Source: an uncultured Thermodesulfovibrio sp. (GTDB lineage: Bacteria > Nitrospirota > Thermodesulfovibrionia > Thermodesulfovibrionales > JdFR-85). Taken from it: a stretch of 58,147 nucleotides of DNA. The first letter of the stretch is position 1. The number at the start of each line of letters is the position of its first letter. Position numbers and translations under genes: made by a program. The stretch covers positions 4,249-62,395 of the forward strand of contig CAZITN010000003.1 of the NCBI GenBank assembly GCA_964542175.1, in the 5' to 3' direction. A model generated the notes under the pieces. The model saw only the letters and a program-made list of their open reading frames with translations, had not been told where the DNA came from and did not search any database. Below are positions 18,719 through 28,843 of the stretch, one piece after another.

Positions 18719-19291
18719 ATGGAGGCATACCGGTACCAGGAACTCGCCTACTTGATAGTTCCTGTAACTCTGGGAGTGGAGTTCTTCATGACAGCAAAGA
18801 ATGAAAAGAGGGATAAGCAGGAAACTCCCATAGGTTCCTATGTGCTTGATCTCTGGGGGTTTATATTTTTTGCACTTATTCCGGCAATGTTTGTTTTTAC
18901 AATCTGGGCTATTGAGTCAGGCAGTTTTCCTTTCAGTACCGAGACTCTTGCCAGGCTTGACAGGTACGGGGTCATGTTCTTCTTCATGGGAGGGTGGTGG
19001 CAGGTTTATATAATTACTGCATTGAGGGCAAGAAGGGCTGAAGAGGGACGGGGGATGCTCTATATCTGGGGGCCCTATCTGTTCTTCGGTGTCTTTGTCT
19101 CCCTCATTGTCCTCTGGGTTTCCCCCTGGAACCTGAAATGGATTTCCGTAGGTTGGTTTCTCTTCCTCGCCGGACTTCTCAAGGCCTTGAAGGTGAAACC
19201 AAAGACAATAGAAAAGGTCTTCTGGATTCTTGCGGGGCTGACCTTCGTTGCCGAGAACATCGTCTTTGTCTGGCTGGAAACGGTTGTCTGA
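18719..19291 (+). CDS. hypothetical 5-6 TM membrane protein inside the thi operon
   Basis: 190-aa ORF with about six hydrophobic helices between thiG and thiE. No family recognised. Confidence 0.65.
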   Translation: MEAYRYQELAYLIVPVTLGVEFFMTAKNEKRDKQETPIGSYVLDLWGFIFFALIPAMFVFTIWAIESGSFPFSTETLARLDRYGVMFFFMGGWWQVYIITALRARRAEEGRGMLYIWGPYLFFGVFVSLIVLWVSPWNLKWISVGWFLFLAGLLKALKVKPKTIEKVFWILAGLTFVAENIVFVWLETVV

Positions 19292-19408
19292 ATATGCATA
19301 GTGAGCACTCACTCCGTGGTTTTACCACGGAGTTTAGCGAACGAATGTGATAAGAAAAAACTTCCTTACATATCGAAGACACACTGCGGTCTTGCCGAAG
19401 GGTTCTTC
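19290..19408 (-). repeat. intergenic repeat family A, copy 1 (inverted relative to copies 2 and 3)
   Basis: The reverse complement aligns over about 118 nt with 49817-49935 and 57971-58103. It contains the hairpin ACTCCGTGG-TTTTA-CCACGGAGT (19311-19333). It occupies the entire spacer up to the thiE ATG. Confidence 0.88.
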
Positions 19409-19409
19409 A

Positions 19410-20036
19410 ATGGTCGGCTTCCGTCTGTACCTGATCACGGACAGAAGGCAGGTAAGGAACAGTTCCCTTTCAGAGGCCCTTACGGCTGCCATTGAAGGCG
19501 GCGTGAGGGCGATACAACTCAGGGAGAAGGACCTCCCGGTCAGGGAGTATCTGGACCTTGCAAGGGAAGTTAGGTCGATTACCCTCAGGCACGGGGTAAG
19601 ACTCTTCATAAACGACAGGGTTGATCTGGCACTGATAGTGGGTGCCGATGGTGTTCATCTTGGGCAGGCGGGGATGCCGCCTGAGGCTGTAAGAAAGATA
19701 ATCCCCTCGGAGATGCTGATAGGTGTTTCCACCCACTCACTCAGGGAGGTCAGAGAGGCGGAGAGGGGAGGTGCTGATTTTATCACCTTTGGCCCTCTCT
19801 TCAGCACCCCTTCAAAGGTGAAATATGGACCTCCACTGGGGCTTGATGCCCTGAAAGAGGTGACCAGGGAGGTGAAGATACCCGTTTTCGGTATCGGCGG
19901 GATAAAGAAGGAAAACATAAGGGAAGTGATGGCTTCCGGAGCGGAAGGAATCGCCCTGATTTCAGGCATCCTTGCCGCAGATGATATAAAAAAGGAAAGT
20001 GAAGAATATGTGAGGATGAGTCATGACGATTATTGA
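19410..20036 (+). CDS. thiE: thiamine-phosphate synthase
   Basis: ThiE motifs (LYLITDR, IQLREKD, GADGVHLGQ, GIGGI). Start moved to ATG 19410 because the upstream 63 nt of the ORF is repeat A sequence. Confidence 0.92.
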   Translation: MVGFRLYLITDRRQVRNSSLSEALTAAIEGGVRAIQLREKDLPVREYLDLAREVRSITLRHGVRLFINDRVDLALIVGADGVHLGQAGMPPEAVRKIIPSEMLIGVSTHSLREVREAERGGADFITFGPLFSTPSKVKYGPPLGLDALKEVTREVKIPVFGIGGIKKENIREVMASGAEGIALISGILAADDIKKESEEYVRMSHDDY

Positions 20037-21309
20037 AGAAATCAAAAAGGGCCTTCTGCCTGAATCGGTAAGAGTTGCGGCCCGGGCAGAGGGGGTGGAT
20101 GCTGAGAGCCTTGCCGGGGATATCCTGAAAGGGCAGACCGTGATTACGCGTAACAAGAAACACAGTGTTAATCCCCTTGCGATAGGCAGGGGACTCCGTA
20201 CAAAGATAAACGCCAACATCGGGACATCAAGGGACCATATATCCCTTGATGAGGAAATGGAGAAACTGGATATCCTGGTCAGGTATGGCGCCGATGCCGT
20301 GATGGACCTCTCCACAGGAGGCCCTGTAAGGGATATCAGAACATTGATGCTGAGGAAGTCTCCTGTTCCCGTTGGCACTGTCCCTATCTATGAGGCGGCC
20401 CTTGAGGCTGCGGAGAAGCGGGGCTCCATCGTCAGGATGACCGTCGATGACCTCTTTGATGTGATTGAGAGGCATGGTGAGGAAGGTGTTGATTTCATAA
20501 CTGTTCATTCGGGTCTGACGATGAGGGCGGTTGAGCATCTCAGGGAGGAGACAAGGGTCCTTGATGTGGTAAGCCGGGGTGGTGCCTTCCTTGTGGAATG
20601 GATGATATTCAATGATCGGGAGAACCCGCTATATGAGCATTACGACAGACTCCTTGAGATAGCCGCCCGATATGATATGACGCTGAGCCTCGGTGACGGG
20701 ATGAGGCCGGGCTGTCTCGCCGATGCAACGGACAGGGCCCAGATTGAAGAGCTGGTAACGCTCGGTGAACTCCATGAAAGGGCACTTGAAGCCGGGGTCC
20801 AGAGCATGATAGAGGGTCCTGGGCATGTACCTCTGAACCAGGTTGAACTGAACATCAGGATACAGAAGGAACTCTGTAAGGGGGCACCCTTCTATGTTCT
20901 GGGTCCCCTTGTAACTGATATCGGCATGGGTTACGACCACATTACTGCAGCCATAGGAGGCGCCTTGGCAGCCATGGCAGGGGCTGACTTCCTCTGTTAT
21001 GTAACCCCGGCAGAGCATATAAGGCTTCCGTCCATAGAGGATGTGAAAGAGGGTGTGATCGCCTCGAGAATTGCGGCCCATGCAGCGGACATAGCAAAGG
21101 GAATACCCGGAGCACTCGAGACGGATACCGCAATGGCAATGCACAGGAAAAACCTCAACTGGGAGGGGCAGATCAGTTGCAGCCTTGATCCTGAAAAGGT
21201 GAAGAGATACAGGGCAGAGGTTCCTCCAACTCAGGATGAGGTATGCAGCATGTGCGGGGAGTTCTGTGCCATCAGGACCGTTGAGAGGGCACTCAGGAAG
21301 AAGGATTGA
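20023..21309 (+). CDS. thiC: phosphomethylpyrimidine synthase
   Basis: 428 aa. ThiC core with the C-terminal CSMCGEFC iron-sulfur motif. Overlaps the thiE end by 14 nt. Confidence 0.96.
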   Translation: MTIIEEIKKGLLPESVRVAARAEGVDAESLAGDILKGQTVITRNKKHSVNPLAIGRGLRTKINANIGTSRDHISLDEEMEKLDILVRYGADAVMDLSTGGPVRDIRTLMLRKSPVPVGTVPIYEAALEAAEKRGSIVRMTVDDLFDVIERHGEEGVDFITVHSGLTMRAVEHLREETRVLDVVSRGGAFLVEWMIFNDRENPLYEHYDRLLEIAARYDMTLSLGDGMRPGCLADATDRAQIEELVTLGELHERALEAGVQSMIEGPGHVPLNQVELNIRIQKELCKGAPFYVLGPLVTDIGMGYDHITAAIGGALAAMAGADFLCYVTPAEHIRLPSIEDVKEGVIASRIAAHAADIAKGIPGALETDTAMAMHRKNLNWEGQISCSLDPEKVKRYRAEVPPTQDEVCSMCGEFCAIRTVERALRKKD

Positions 21310-21365
21310 GTCTTTCCTCAGTTGATACAAATTCCACTTGCGAAGTGTGATTTTTTGATTTTAAA

Positions 21366-21440
21366 CTTCGTGTTCTTCGTGGTAGAATTTCCGTCCGGTG
21401 CAGTCTCATAAAGACTCAGAAACCACGAAGATCACGGAAG
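21366..21440. repeat. 18-bp inverted repeat between convergent thiC and the polyprenyl synthase gene
   Basis: CTTCGTGTTCTTCGTGGT (21366-83) and ACCACGAAGATCACGGAAG (21422-40) pair at about 17 of 18 positions around a 38-nt loop. Possible bidirectional terminator or REP-like element. Confidence 0.6.
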
Positions 21441-21461
21441 GGGCTTGTAAGTGATCGAGTA

Positions 21462-22343
21462 TCAGGAAGTCCTGGCAGAGAGATAGTCTGCAATCTCTCC
21501 GAGGTATCTCCCCTTTTCGCCAAGTACAGCGAGGGAGAGTTTTGCCTCATCAATGAGTTCTTGTGCTGCTGCCCTCGACCGCTCAAGGCCGTAAAGGGCC
21601 GGGTAGGTCATCTTTCCCCTTTCCTGATCGGTTCCCGTCTTTTTCCCGAGGTCCTCTTCGTTGCCCGTAACATTAAGGATGTCATCGATTATCTGGAAGG
21701 CAAGGCCGATTTTGTCTCCGTAAAGGGATAGGGCGTCGTGAATCTCTGGAGGGGATCCGGCAAGAAGGGGACCGATCCTGACAGAGGCGGATATGAGGGC
21801 ACCTGTCTTGTGGGTATGTATAAAGTGGACCGTCCTGGGGTCCGGGTCCTTTCCCTCTGAAAGGATGTCTTCTGCCTGACCTCCCACCATTCCCCTTGCT
21901 CCTGCAGCGGTAGCTACTGTTAGCAATGCCTCTTTGAGTGCTGTGGGAGAGAACCGGCTGGACTGCATGAACATGATAAAGGCCTCCGTGAGAAGGGCAT
22001 CACCGGCAAGAATGGCAAGTGCTTCTCCGAACACCTTGTGGTTTGTGGGTTTTCCCCTCCTGAAGTCGTCATCGTCCATTGAAGGGAGGTCGTCATGAAT
22101 CAGTGAGTATGTGTGGATCAGTTCCAGGGCTGATGCCTGGGGGATGACATCTTCAGCTTTCCCTCCACAGGCCTCAAAGGAGGTGATCGCCAGAAGGGGT
22201 CTTATCCGTTTTCCTCCGGCAAAAAGGGAATAGGTGATTGCCTGGAAGAGTCTTTCAGGGGGGAAGGGCTTTGAAGAAAAGTATCCTTTCAGATATTCGT
22301 TTACAAGGAGCCGTCTCTCTTCAAGGTACTCTTTCAGGGACAT
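21462..22343 (-). CDS. polyprenyl (farnesyl/geranylgeranyl) diphosphate synthase
   Basis: First and second Asp-rich motifs (HDDLPSMDDDDFRRG, IIDDILN). 293 aa. Confidence 0.92.
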   Translation of the reverse strand: MSLKEYLEERRLLVNEYLKGYFSSKPFPPERLFQAITYSLFAGGKRIRPLLAITSFEACGGKAEDVIPQASALELIHTYSLIHDDLPSMDDDDFRRGKPTNHKVFGEALAILAGDALLTEAFIMFMQSSRFSPTALKEALLTVATAAGARGMVGGQAEDILSEGKDPDPRTVHFIHTHKTGALISASVRIGPLLAGSPPEIHDALSLYGDKIGLAFQIIDDILNVTGNEEDLGKKTGTDQERGKMTYPALYGLERSRAAAQELIDEAKLSLAVLGEKGRYLGEIADYLSARTS

Positions 22344-22346
22344 GGA

Positions 22347-23885
22347 CTATTCCCATTCTATGGTGCTGGGAGGCTTTGAACTTATGTCATAGACCACCCG
22401 GTTTATACCCTTTACCTCGTTTATTATCCTGTTTGAAATCCTTGCAAGGGTCTTATCAGGGATCTTGGCCCAGTCTGCAGTCATCCCGTCAAGGCTGGTC
22501 ACAGCTCTTACAGCGATGGTGTATTCATAAGTTCGTTCATCACCCATCACACCGACGCTCCTTACCGGGAGCAGCACCGCAAAGGCCTGCCATATCTGCC
22601 TGTAAAGTCCGGCCTTCTTGATCTCTTCAAGGACGATCGCATCGGCTTCTCTCAGGAGTTCAAGTCTTTTCGGGGTTATCTCCCCGAGGCACCTGATGGC
22701 AAGGCCCGGTCCGGGGAACGGATGCCTCCAGCAGATCTCCTCCGGCAATCCCAGTTCCTCTCCGAGTTCCCGGACCTCGTCCTTGAAGAGTTCCCGGAGC
22801 GGCTCAATCAGTCTGAGATTCATTACATCAGGAAGTCCGCCTACATTATGGTGGGATTTTATGGTCGCAGAGGGTCCCTTGAAGGAGACGCTCTCTATTA
22901 CATCAGGGTAGAGAGTGCCCTGGGCAAGAAACTCGGCATCCTCGATCTTGGCCGCCTCTTCTTCAAAGACCTTTATGAACTCGTTGCCTATTATCTTTCT
23001 TTTTTTCTCCGGGTCAGTTACTCCGTTCAACAGGGAGAGGAATCTCTCCCTTGCATCAACGGTCACAAGCTGGATATGAAAGTGCCTCTGGAAGGTGTCC
23101 CGGACCTTCCTGTATTCACCCTTTCTTAGGAGTCCGTTGTCAACGAAGATACAGGTGAGCCTGTCACCTATCGCCCGGTGCACTATGAGTGCGACAACCG
23201 ATGAATCCACCCCACCGCTCAATGCACATATCACCCGCCCGTTACCTACGGTCCTGCGGATATCCTCGGTGGCCCATTCAATGAAGGATGACATATGCCA
23301 GACCGGACTGCAGCCGCATATATCAAGAACAAAGTTCTGGAGTATTCTCTTTCCGTCTTCGGTATGGACCACCTCAGGATGAAACTGGAGGGCATACATT
23401 TTCCTTTCGTGATCTGCCATTGCAGCAATGGGTGAGTTTTCCGTATGGGCAACAGGGTGAAAGCCCGGCGGGCATTTGTCGATCCTGTCTCCATGGCTCA
23501 TCCAGACGGTTGAACGGTCTGTCACCCCCCAGAGAAGGTCCCTGTCATCATCGATGATTATCTCAGCCCTGCCGTACTCCCTCCTTGCCGCCTTGCCCAC
23601 TTCACCGCCCAGGAGGTGGGCCATCAACTGCATCCCGTAACAGATTCCAAGGATGGGAATGCCCAGATCAAATATCCCTCTGTCAGGTATGGGAGCACCT
23701 TCATCAAAGGCGCTCGAGGGGCTTCCGGAGAGGATTATGCCCCTGGGGTTGAAATCACGGATCTTCTCTATGGATGCATTAAAGGGCAGGATTTCCGAAT
23801 ATACACGGCTCTCCCTCACCCTCCTTGCGATCAGCTGGGTGTACTGGGAACCAAAATCCAGAACGAGTATCTTTTCTCTTTCCAT
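22347..23885 (-). CDS. guaA: GMP synthase (glutamine-hydrolysing)
   Basis: GATase domain (ILGICYGMQ), ATP-PPase SGGVDSSV and the C-terminal STIEWE. Confidence 0.97.
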   Translation of the reverse strand: MEREKILVLDFGSQYTQLIARRVRESRVYSEILPFNASIEKIRDFNPRGIILSGSPSSAFDEGAPIPDRGIFDLGIPILGICYGMQLMAHLLGGEVGKAARREYGRAEIIIDDDRDLLWGVTDRSTVWMSHGDRIDKCPPGFHPVAHTENSPIAAMADHERKMYALQFHPEVVHTEDGKRILQNFVLDICGCSPVWHMSSFIEWATEDIRRTVGNGRVICALSGGVDSSVVALIVHRAIGDRLTCIFVDNGLLRKGEYRKVRDTFQRHFHIQLVTVDARERFLSLLNGVTDPEKKRKIIGNEFIKVFEEEAAKIEDAEFLAQGTLYPDVIESVSFKGPSATIKSHHNVGGLPDVMNLRLIEPLRELFKDEVRELGEELGLPEEICWRHPFPGPGLAIRCLGEITPKRLELLREADAIVLEEIKKAGLYRQIWQAFAVLLPVRSVGVMGDERTYEYTIAVRAVTSLDGMTADWAKIPDKTLARISNRIINEVKGINRVVYDISSKPPSTIEWE

Positions 23886-23934
23886 CTGTAATTATAACTT
23901 AAATTGAGCGATACTGATTTATCAAAAATATTCT

Positions 23935-24320
23935 TCCGGGGCAGGTGGAGAAGGGGAGTAATCTCCATTTCAGCAATACCGCAATCTCAGAGCATCAACT
24001 TCCTGCCTTCCACCTATCAGATAAATAATATTAATCATTGCCAGTGGTGCCAAAATAACTGATACGGCTGGGAAATGCGGTATGGCGAAGAAAATAAGAA
24101 TGCTCGACACCTTTGAAAATAAGGGTTTCTCATACCACATAGACCTGCCCAGACAGTCAGGTATGACATCTGTTGATTCAGGTTGCTGTCCATAGAATCC
24201 TGTCGGTTGCATTGTATTTTCGGAGCCTTGCCGCCTCTCCATAAACTGTTCTGGACAGATGTGAACCATTGCATTAAATGGATTACGAGACGCCTCCACC
24301 TGCTTCAAATTCAGGTATAA
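23935..24320 (-). repeat. intergenic repeat family C, copy 2 (long form, about 385 nt)
   Basis: The ends match 696-886. Closing stem is GCAGGTGGAG (23941-50) with CTCCACCTGC (24294-303). The internal segment around 24222-24260 reappears at 58101-58147 on the opposite strand. Confidence 0.75.
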
Positions 24321-24336
24321 GAAAGGGGAAACTCCC

Positions 24337-25830
<1,494 letters not shown>

Positions 25831-25874
25831 CTAAAATCATACCATTTTCAGCAGAATGAAGGCAAATTGACCTG

Positions 25875-26000
25875 AACGCTGCTTAAACACAAGGTTTGGC
25901 AGGGGATGAAAACAGGCCGAAGCTGAGAAGACATCGTATATGCGTGAAAGTGTCAATGCGGGAATGCGACAAAGGCAGGAAATAACCAATAACCAATAAA
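25875..26000. repeat. repeat family B, copy 1 (partial)
   Basis: Shares TAAACAyrAGGTTwGGCAGGGGATGAAAACAGGC, a CGTATATGCGTG-like block and the (TAACCAA)n heptamer run with 28649-28762. Lies upstream of guaB on the minus strand. Confidence 0.65.
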
Positions 26001-26015
26001 AGGCTAATGTGGCTG

Positions 26016-26867
26016 TCAGCGAAATGCCTCTATCTCTGCAACCGCCCTTTCCCTGGAAAAGCGTGATTCAACGAGAGGTGTGTCAGTGATGACCGGGATT
26101 TGCTCCTCCAGGGTGGGGCCTTTCCTCCTGTATATAATGCCAAGGGGAATCTTTTCTCCCCACTCCAGAGAGCGGCGGAATGCCTCAATCCGGTCTTTCG
26201 GATCATGCTCTTCACCAAGCCGGTAAACACGCTCACCATACCACTGGTAGGTGTTTATCTTGTTGAAGGTTACACAGGGTTGGAGAATGTCGACGAGGGC
26301 GAAGCCGGGATGCAGGATCGCCTCTTTGATCAGTTCCACAAGGAACTCTCTCTCACCGGCATATCCCCTGGCCACAAAACTGCAGTCAAGGGAGACGGCC
26401 AGTGCAAGGGGGTTCAGTGGTGATGAGATGCTCCCGAAGGGCTGGGTTTTCGAGGGGGTTCCGGCATCCGTGGTGGGTGAGGCCTGTCCCTTGGTGAGCC
26501 CGTAGATCTGGTTGTTGTGGACAAGGAGTGTTATGTCGGGATTCCTCCTGATGGCATGAAGAAGATGATTTCCTCCCTCTCCGTAGCAGTCTCCGTCGCC
26601 TGCCACAGCAATAACCGTCAGCCTGTGGTTAGCCAGCTTTATCCCTGTTGCTACAGGGAGGGTTCTGCCGTGAAGACCGTTGAATGTGTTGGCTCTTGTG
26701 TAGTGGGGTAGTTTTCCTGACTGACCTATGCCGGAGACCAGCACCAGGTCGGAGGGGTGGAGGTCCAGGCCTGTAAAGGCATCCTTCAGCGCCTCCAGGA
26801 TGGGAAAGTTTCCACAGCCCGGGCACCAGGCCGGGGACTGGCCGGTGAATTCATCTCTCGGGTTCAC
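26016..26867 (-). CDS. korB: 2-oxoacid:ferredoxin oxidoreductase, beta (TPP-binding) subunit
   Basis: WCPGCGNF N-terminus and TPP motif VAGDGDCYGEGGNH. 283 aa. 4-nt overlap with the alpha gene. Substrate specificity is not determinable. Confidence 0.88.
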   Translation of the reverse strand: MNPRDEFTGQSPAWCPGCGNFPILEALKDAFTGLDLHPSDLVLVSGIGQSGKLPHYTRANTFNGLHGRTLPVATGIKLANHRLTVIAVAGDGDCYGEGGNHLLHAIRRNPDITLLVHNNQIYGLTKGQASPTTDAGTPSKTQPFGSISSPLNPLALAVSLDCSFVARGYAGEREFLVELIKEAILHPGFALVDILQPCVTFNKINTYQWYGERVYRLGEEHDPKDRIEAFRRSLEWGEKIPLGIIYRRKGPTLEEQIPVITDTPLVESRFSRERAVAEIEAFR

Positions 26868-28600
26868 TCCCTTCCCCCTTCTTTAATTAATTCTTCAATG
26901 GCATCGACAAGATCGTCAAGGATGAAGGGTCTCCCATCGTATTTCCTGATGTGATGGGTGAACTCTATCCCCAGTTCGGCTCTCAGATACCGCTCGAACT
27001 GGCCTGTTGCATTGTTTTCCACGGCGATGGTCAGCCGGGCCTTCCTGAAGGTTTCAAGAAACTCTCCCAGCTTACTGGCAGGGAGGGGATATATCTCGCT
27101 GAAATGAAAGAATCCTCCCCTCATCTCCTCTGGCAGCTCCAGGATCGTATCCTTCATGATACCATAGGTGGAGCCCCATCCAACGAGCAGTAACTCAGGT
27201 TCATCGGGACCTTCGTACAGGGGAGGAGAAAGCTCTTCCATGATCAAAGGGAGTTTTCTGTGGAGCCTTTTTTCAACCATGGCGATTCTTGTTTCAGCAT
27301 CCTCGATCATGTGTCCTTTCTCGTCGTGTTCATCACTGTCCGTTATTACCGGAGTTGTTATTGAGCCCGGAACGGCAAGGGGAGAGACACCGGTCGGGGT
27401 GATACTGTGTCTTTTATAGTTATCTGGACCTGAAAGGTCAGGACTTCTCAACCTGTAGTTATTACAGATCAGGGCATCCCTGTCCAGAGACTCAATGGTC
27501 CATTCCGAGTCAGCCAGATACTGGTCAGAAAGGACAAAGACAGGGACCTGATACTTTTCAGCAAGGTCAAAGGCCCTGTTGGTAAGATAGACCGCCTGTT
27601 CAGGGCTGCCCGGGGCAAAAAGGATGCGGGGGAACTCTCCGTGTCCGGCATGAAGCAGGAAGAGGAGGTCTCCCTGCTCGGTCCTCGTGGGAAGTCCTGT
27701 GGCCGGGCCGGGCCTCTGCACCTCGGCGATTACAATGGGGGTCTCCGTCATTCCGGCAAGGGAGAGCCCCTCAACCATCAGGGCAAAGCCGCCTCCCGAA
27801 CTTCCGGTCATCGCCCTCACGCCTGCAAATGATGCCCCCAGGGCCATGTTTATGGCTGAGATCTCATCTTCGGCCTGCTCAACAATTATCCCGTGCTTGA
27901 GTGCTTTGGAAGCGAGATAGACCATGATCCCGGTAGATGGTGTCATGGGGTAGGCTGCGTAAAAACGGCACCCGCTCACAAGGGCACCGTAGCCTATGGC
28001 CTGGTTACCGTTCAGAATCAGAAGGGGGCGGTTTTTCTCTGCCTCCATGGAAAAGGAACATTCACTGCAGTTTTCCCGGGCATAATCATATCCTGCCCGG
28101 GCTGCTTTTATGTTATCGTCCACCACCTTGCTTCCCTTCTTGCTGAATACTTCCCTGAGTATACCGGTATAAACCTCAAGGTCTATCTGGAGCATTCCAA
28201 GAACGGCCCCGGTTGCCACGGTGTTTGAGAAGATCCTGTTTCCACCTTCTTCAGAGGCGATTTCCTCAAAGGGGATATGCAGGTATCCCGGCTGGTCGTA
28301 ATCCTTCTTTATGAAGTTCCTGTCGTAAATGACCATCCCGGACCGGGTCACGGATCTATGGTGCCTCTCTATTGCTTCTTCATTCAGGGCTATGAGGATA
28401 TCAACCCCTCTCCGGGAGGATGAGACCGGTTTGTCGGAGACCCGTATCTGGTAGAAGTTGTGTCCGCCCCTCACCCTTGACATGTAATCCTGATGAGTAA
28501 AGACATGGAAGCCAGACCTGGAGAAGACCCTCCCTATTGCTGAACCGATAGTCTGGATCCCCTGACCCGCCTCTCCGGCTATCCTGATGGTGTATTCCAT
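26864..28600 (-). CDS. korA: 2-oxoacid:ferredoxin oxidoreductase, alpha subunit (gamma-alpha fusion)
   Basis: 578 aa. N-terminal gamma-like domain (GEAGQGIQT) fused to the pyrimidine-binding alpha domain (YPMTPST). Confidence 0.88.
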   Translation of the reverse strand: MEYTIRIAGEAGQGIQTIGSAIGRVFSRSGFHVFTHQDYMSRVRGGHNFYQIRVSDKPVSSSRRGVDILIALNEEAIERHHRSVTRSGMVIYDRNFIKKDYDQPGYLHIPFEEIASEEGGNRIFSNTVATGAVLGMLQIDLEVYTGILREVFSKKGSKVVDDNIKAARAGYDYARENCSECSFSMEAEKNRPLLILNGNQAIGYGALVSGCRFYAAYPMTPSTGIMVYLASKALKHGIIVEQAEDEISAINMALGASFAGVRAMTGSSGGGFALMVEGLSLAGMTETPIVIAEVQRPGPATGLPTRTEQGDLLFLLHAGHGEFPRILFAPGSPEQAVYLTNRAFDLAEKYQVPVFVLSDQYLADSEWTIESLDRDALICNNYRLRSPDLSGPDNYKRHSITPTGVSPLAVPGSITTPVITDSDEHDEKGHMIEDAETRIAMVEKRLHRKLPLIMEELSPPLYEGPDEPELLLVGWGSTYGIMKDTILELPEEMRGGFFHFSEIYPLPASKLGEFLETFRKARLTIAVENNATGQFERYLRAELGIEFTHHIRKYDGRPFILDDLVDAIEELIKEGGRE

Positions 28601-28606
28601 GGTGTT

Positions 28607-28615
28607 ATTGTATCA
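28607..28615 (-). promoter_or_regulatory. extended -10 element placed for a leaderless korA transcript
   Basis: The minus strand reads TGATACAAT, then 6 nt (AACACC), then the ATG at 28600. No Shine-Dalgarno sequence. Confidence 0.4.
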
Positions 28616-28648
28616 TAAAACAACGCTTTAGCTTGACTTTACCTCAAT

Positions 28649-28832
28649 GTTGCATAAACATGAGGTTAGGCAGGGGATGAAAACAGGCTAAGGTCAAGGC
28701 CGACAGATAAGCATATAGCGTGCAGGGAAATAACCAGTAACCAGTAACCAATAACCAATAACTGGTCTCTTGCCGGAAGGCCTCCTGAGGGCATTTAGTC
28801 GTATCGATCACTCCCTGCCTCCTTATGCAACG
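28649..28832. repeat. repeat family B, copy 2, with terminal inverted repeats (MITE-like)
   Basis: The left end GTTGCATAAacatGAGGttAGGCAGGGGA (28649-77) is inverted at the right end TCCCTGCCTCCTTATGCAACG (28812-32). It contains about 4.5 copies of (TAACCAR) at 28731-28762. Confidence 0.7.
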
Positions 28833-28843
28833 TTAAGGTTAAA

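Noticed and set aside
19301-19495. 64-aa ORF sharing a peptide (LPYISK..CGLA.GFF) with the ORF at 57947-58132
   Set aside because: The similarity arises because both ORFs translate repeat family A on opposite strands of differently oriented copies. They are not protein genes.
20629-21330. 233-aa minus-strand ORF
   Set aside because: Antisense to thiC. No motifs.
23970-24308. Full 112-aa minus-strand ORF inside repeat C copy 2
   Set aside because: The N-terminal half runs through the conserved repeat arm and has no coding character. Only the 56-aa hydrophobic tail is kept, as a low-interest finding.
28731-28762. Tandem TAACCAG/TAACCAA heptamers considered as a possible CRISPR or other array
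   Set aside because: The units are 7 nt with no spacers, so this is a microsatellite inside repeat family B and not a CRISPR array.
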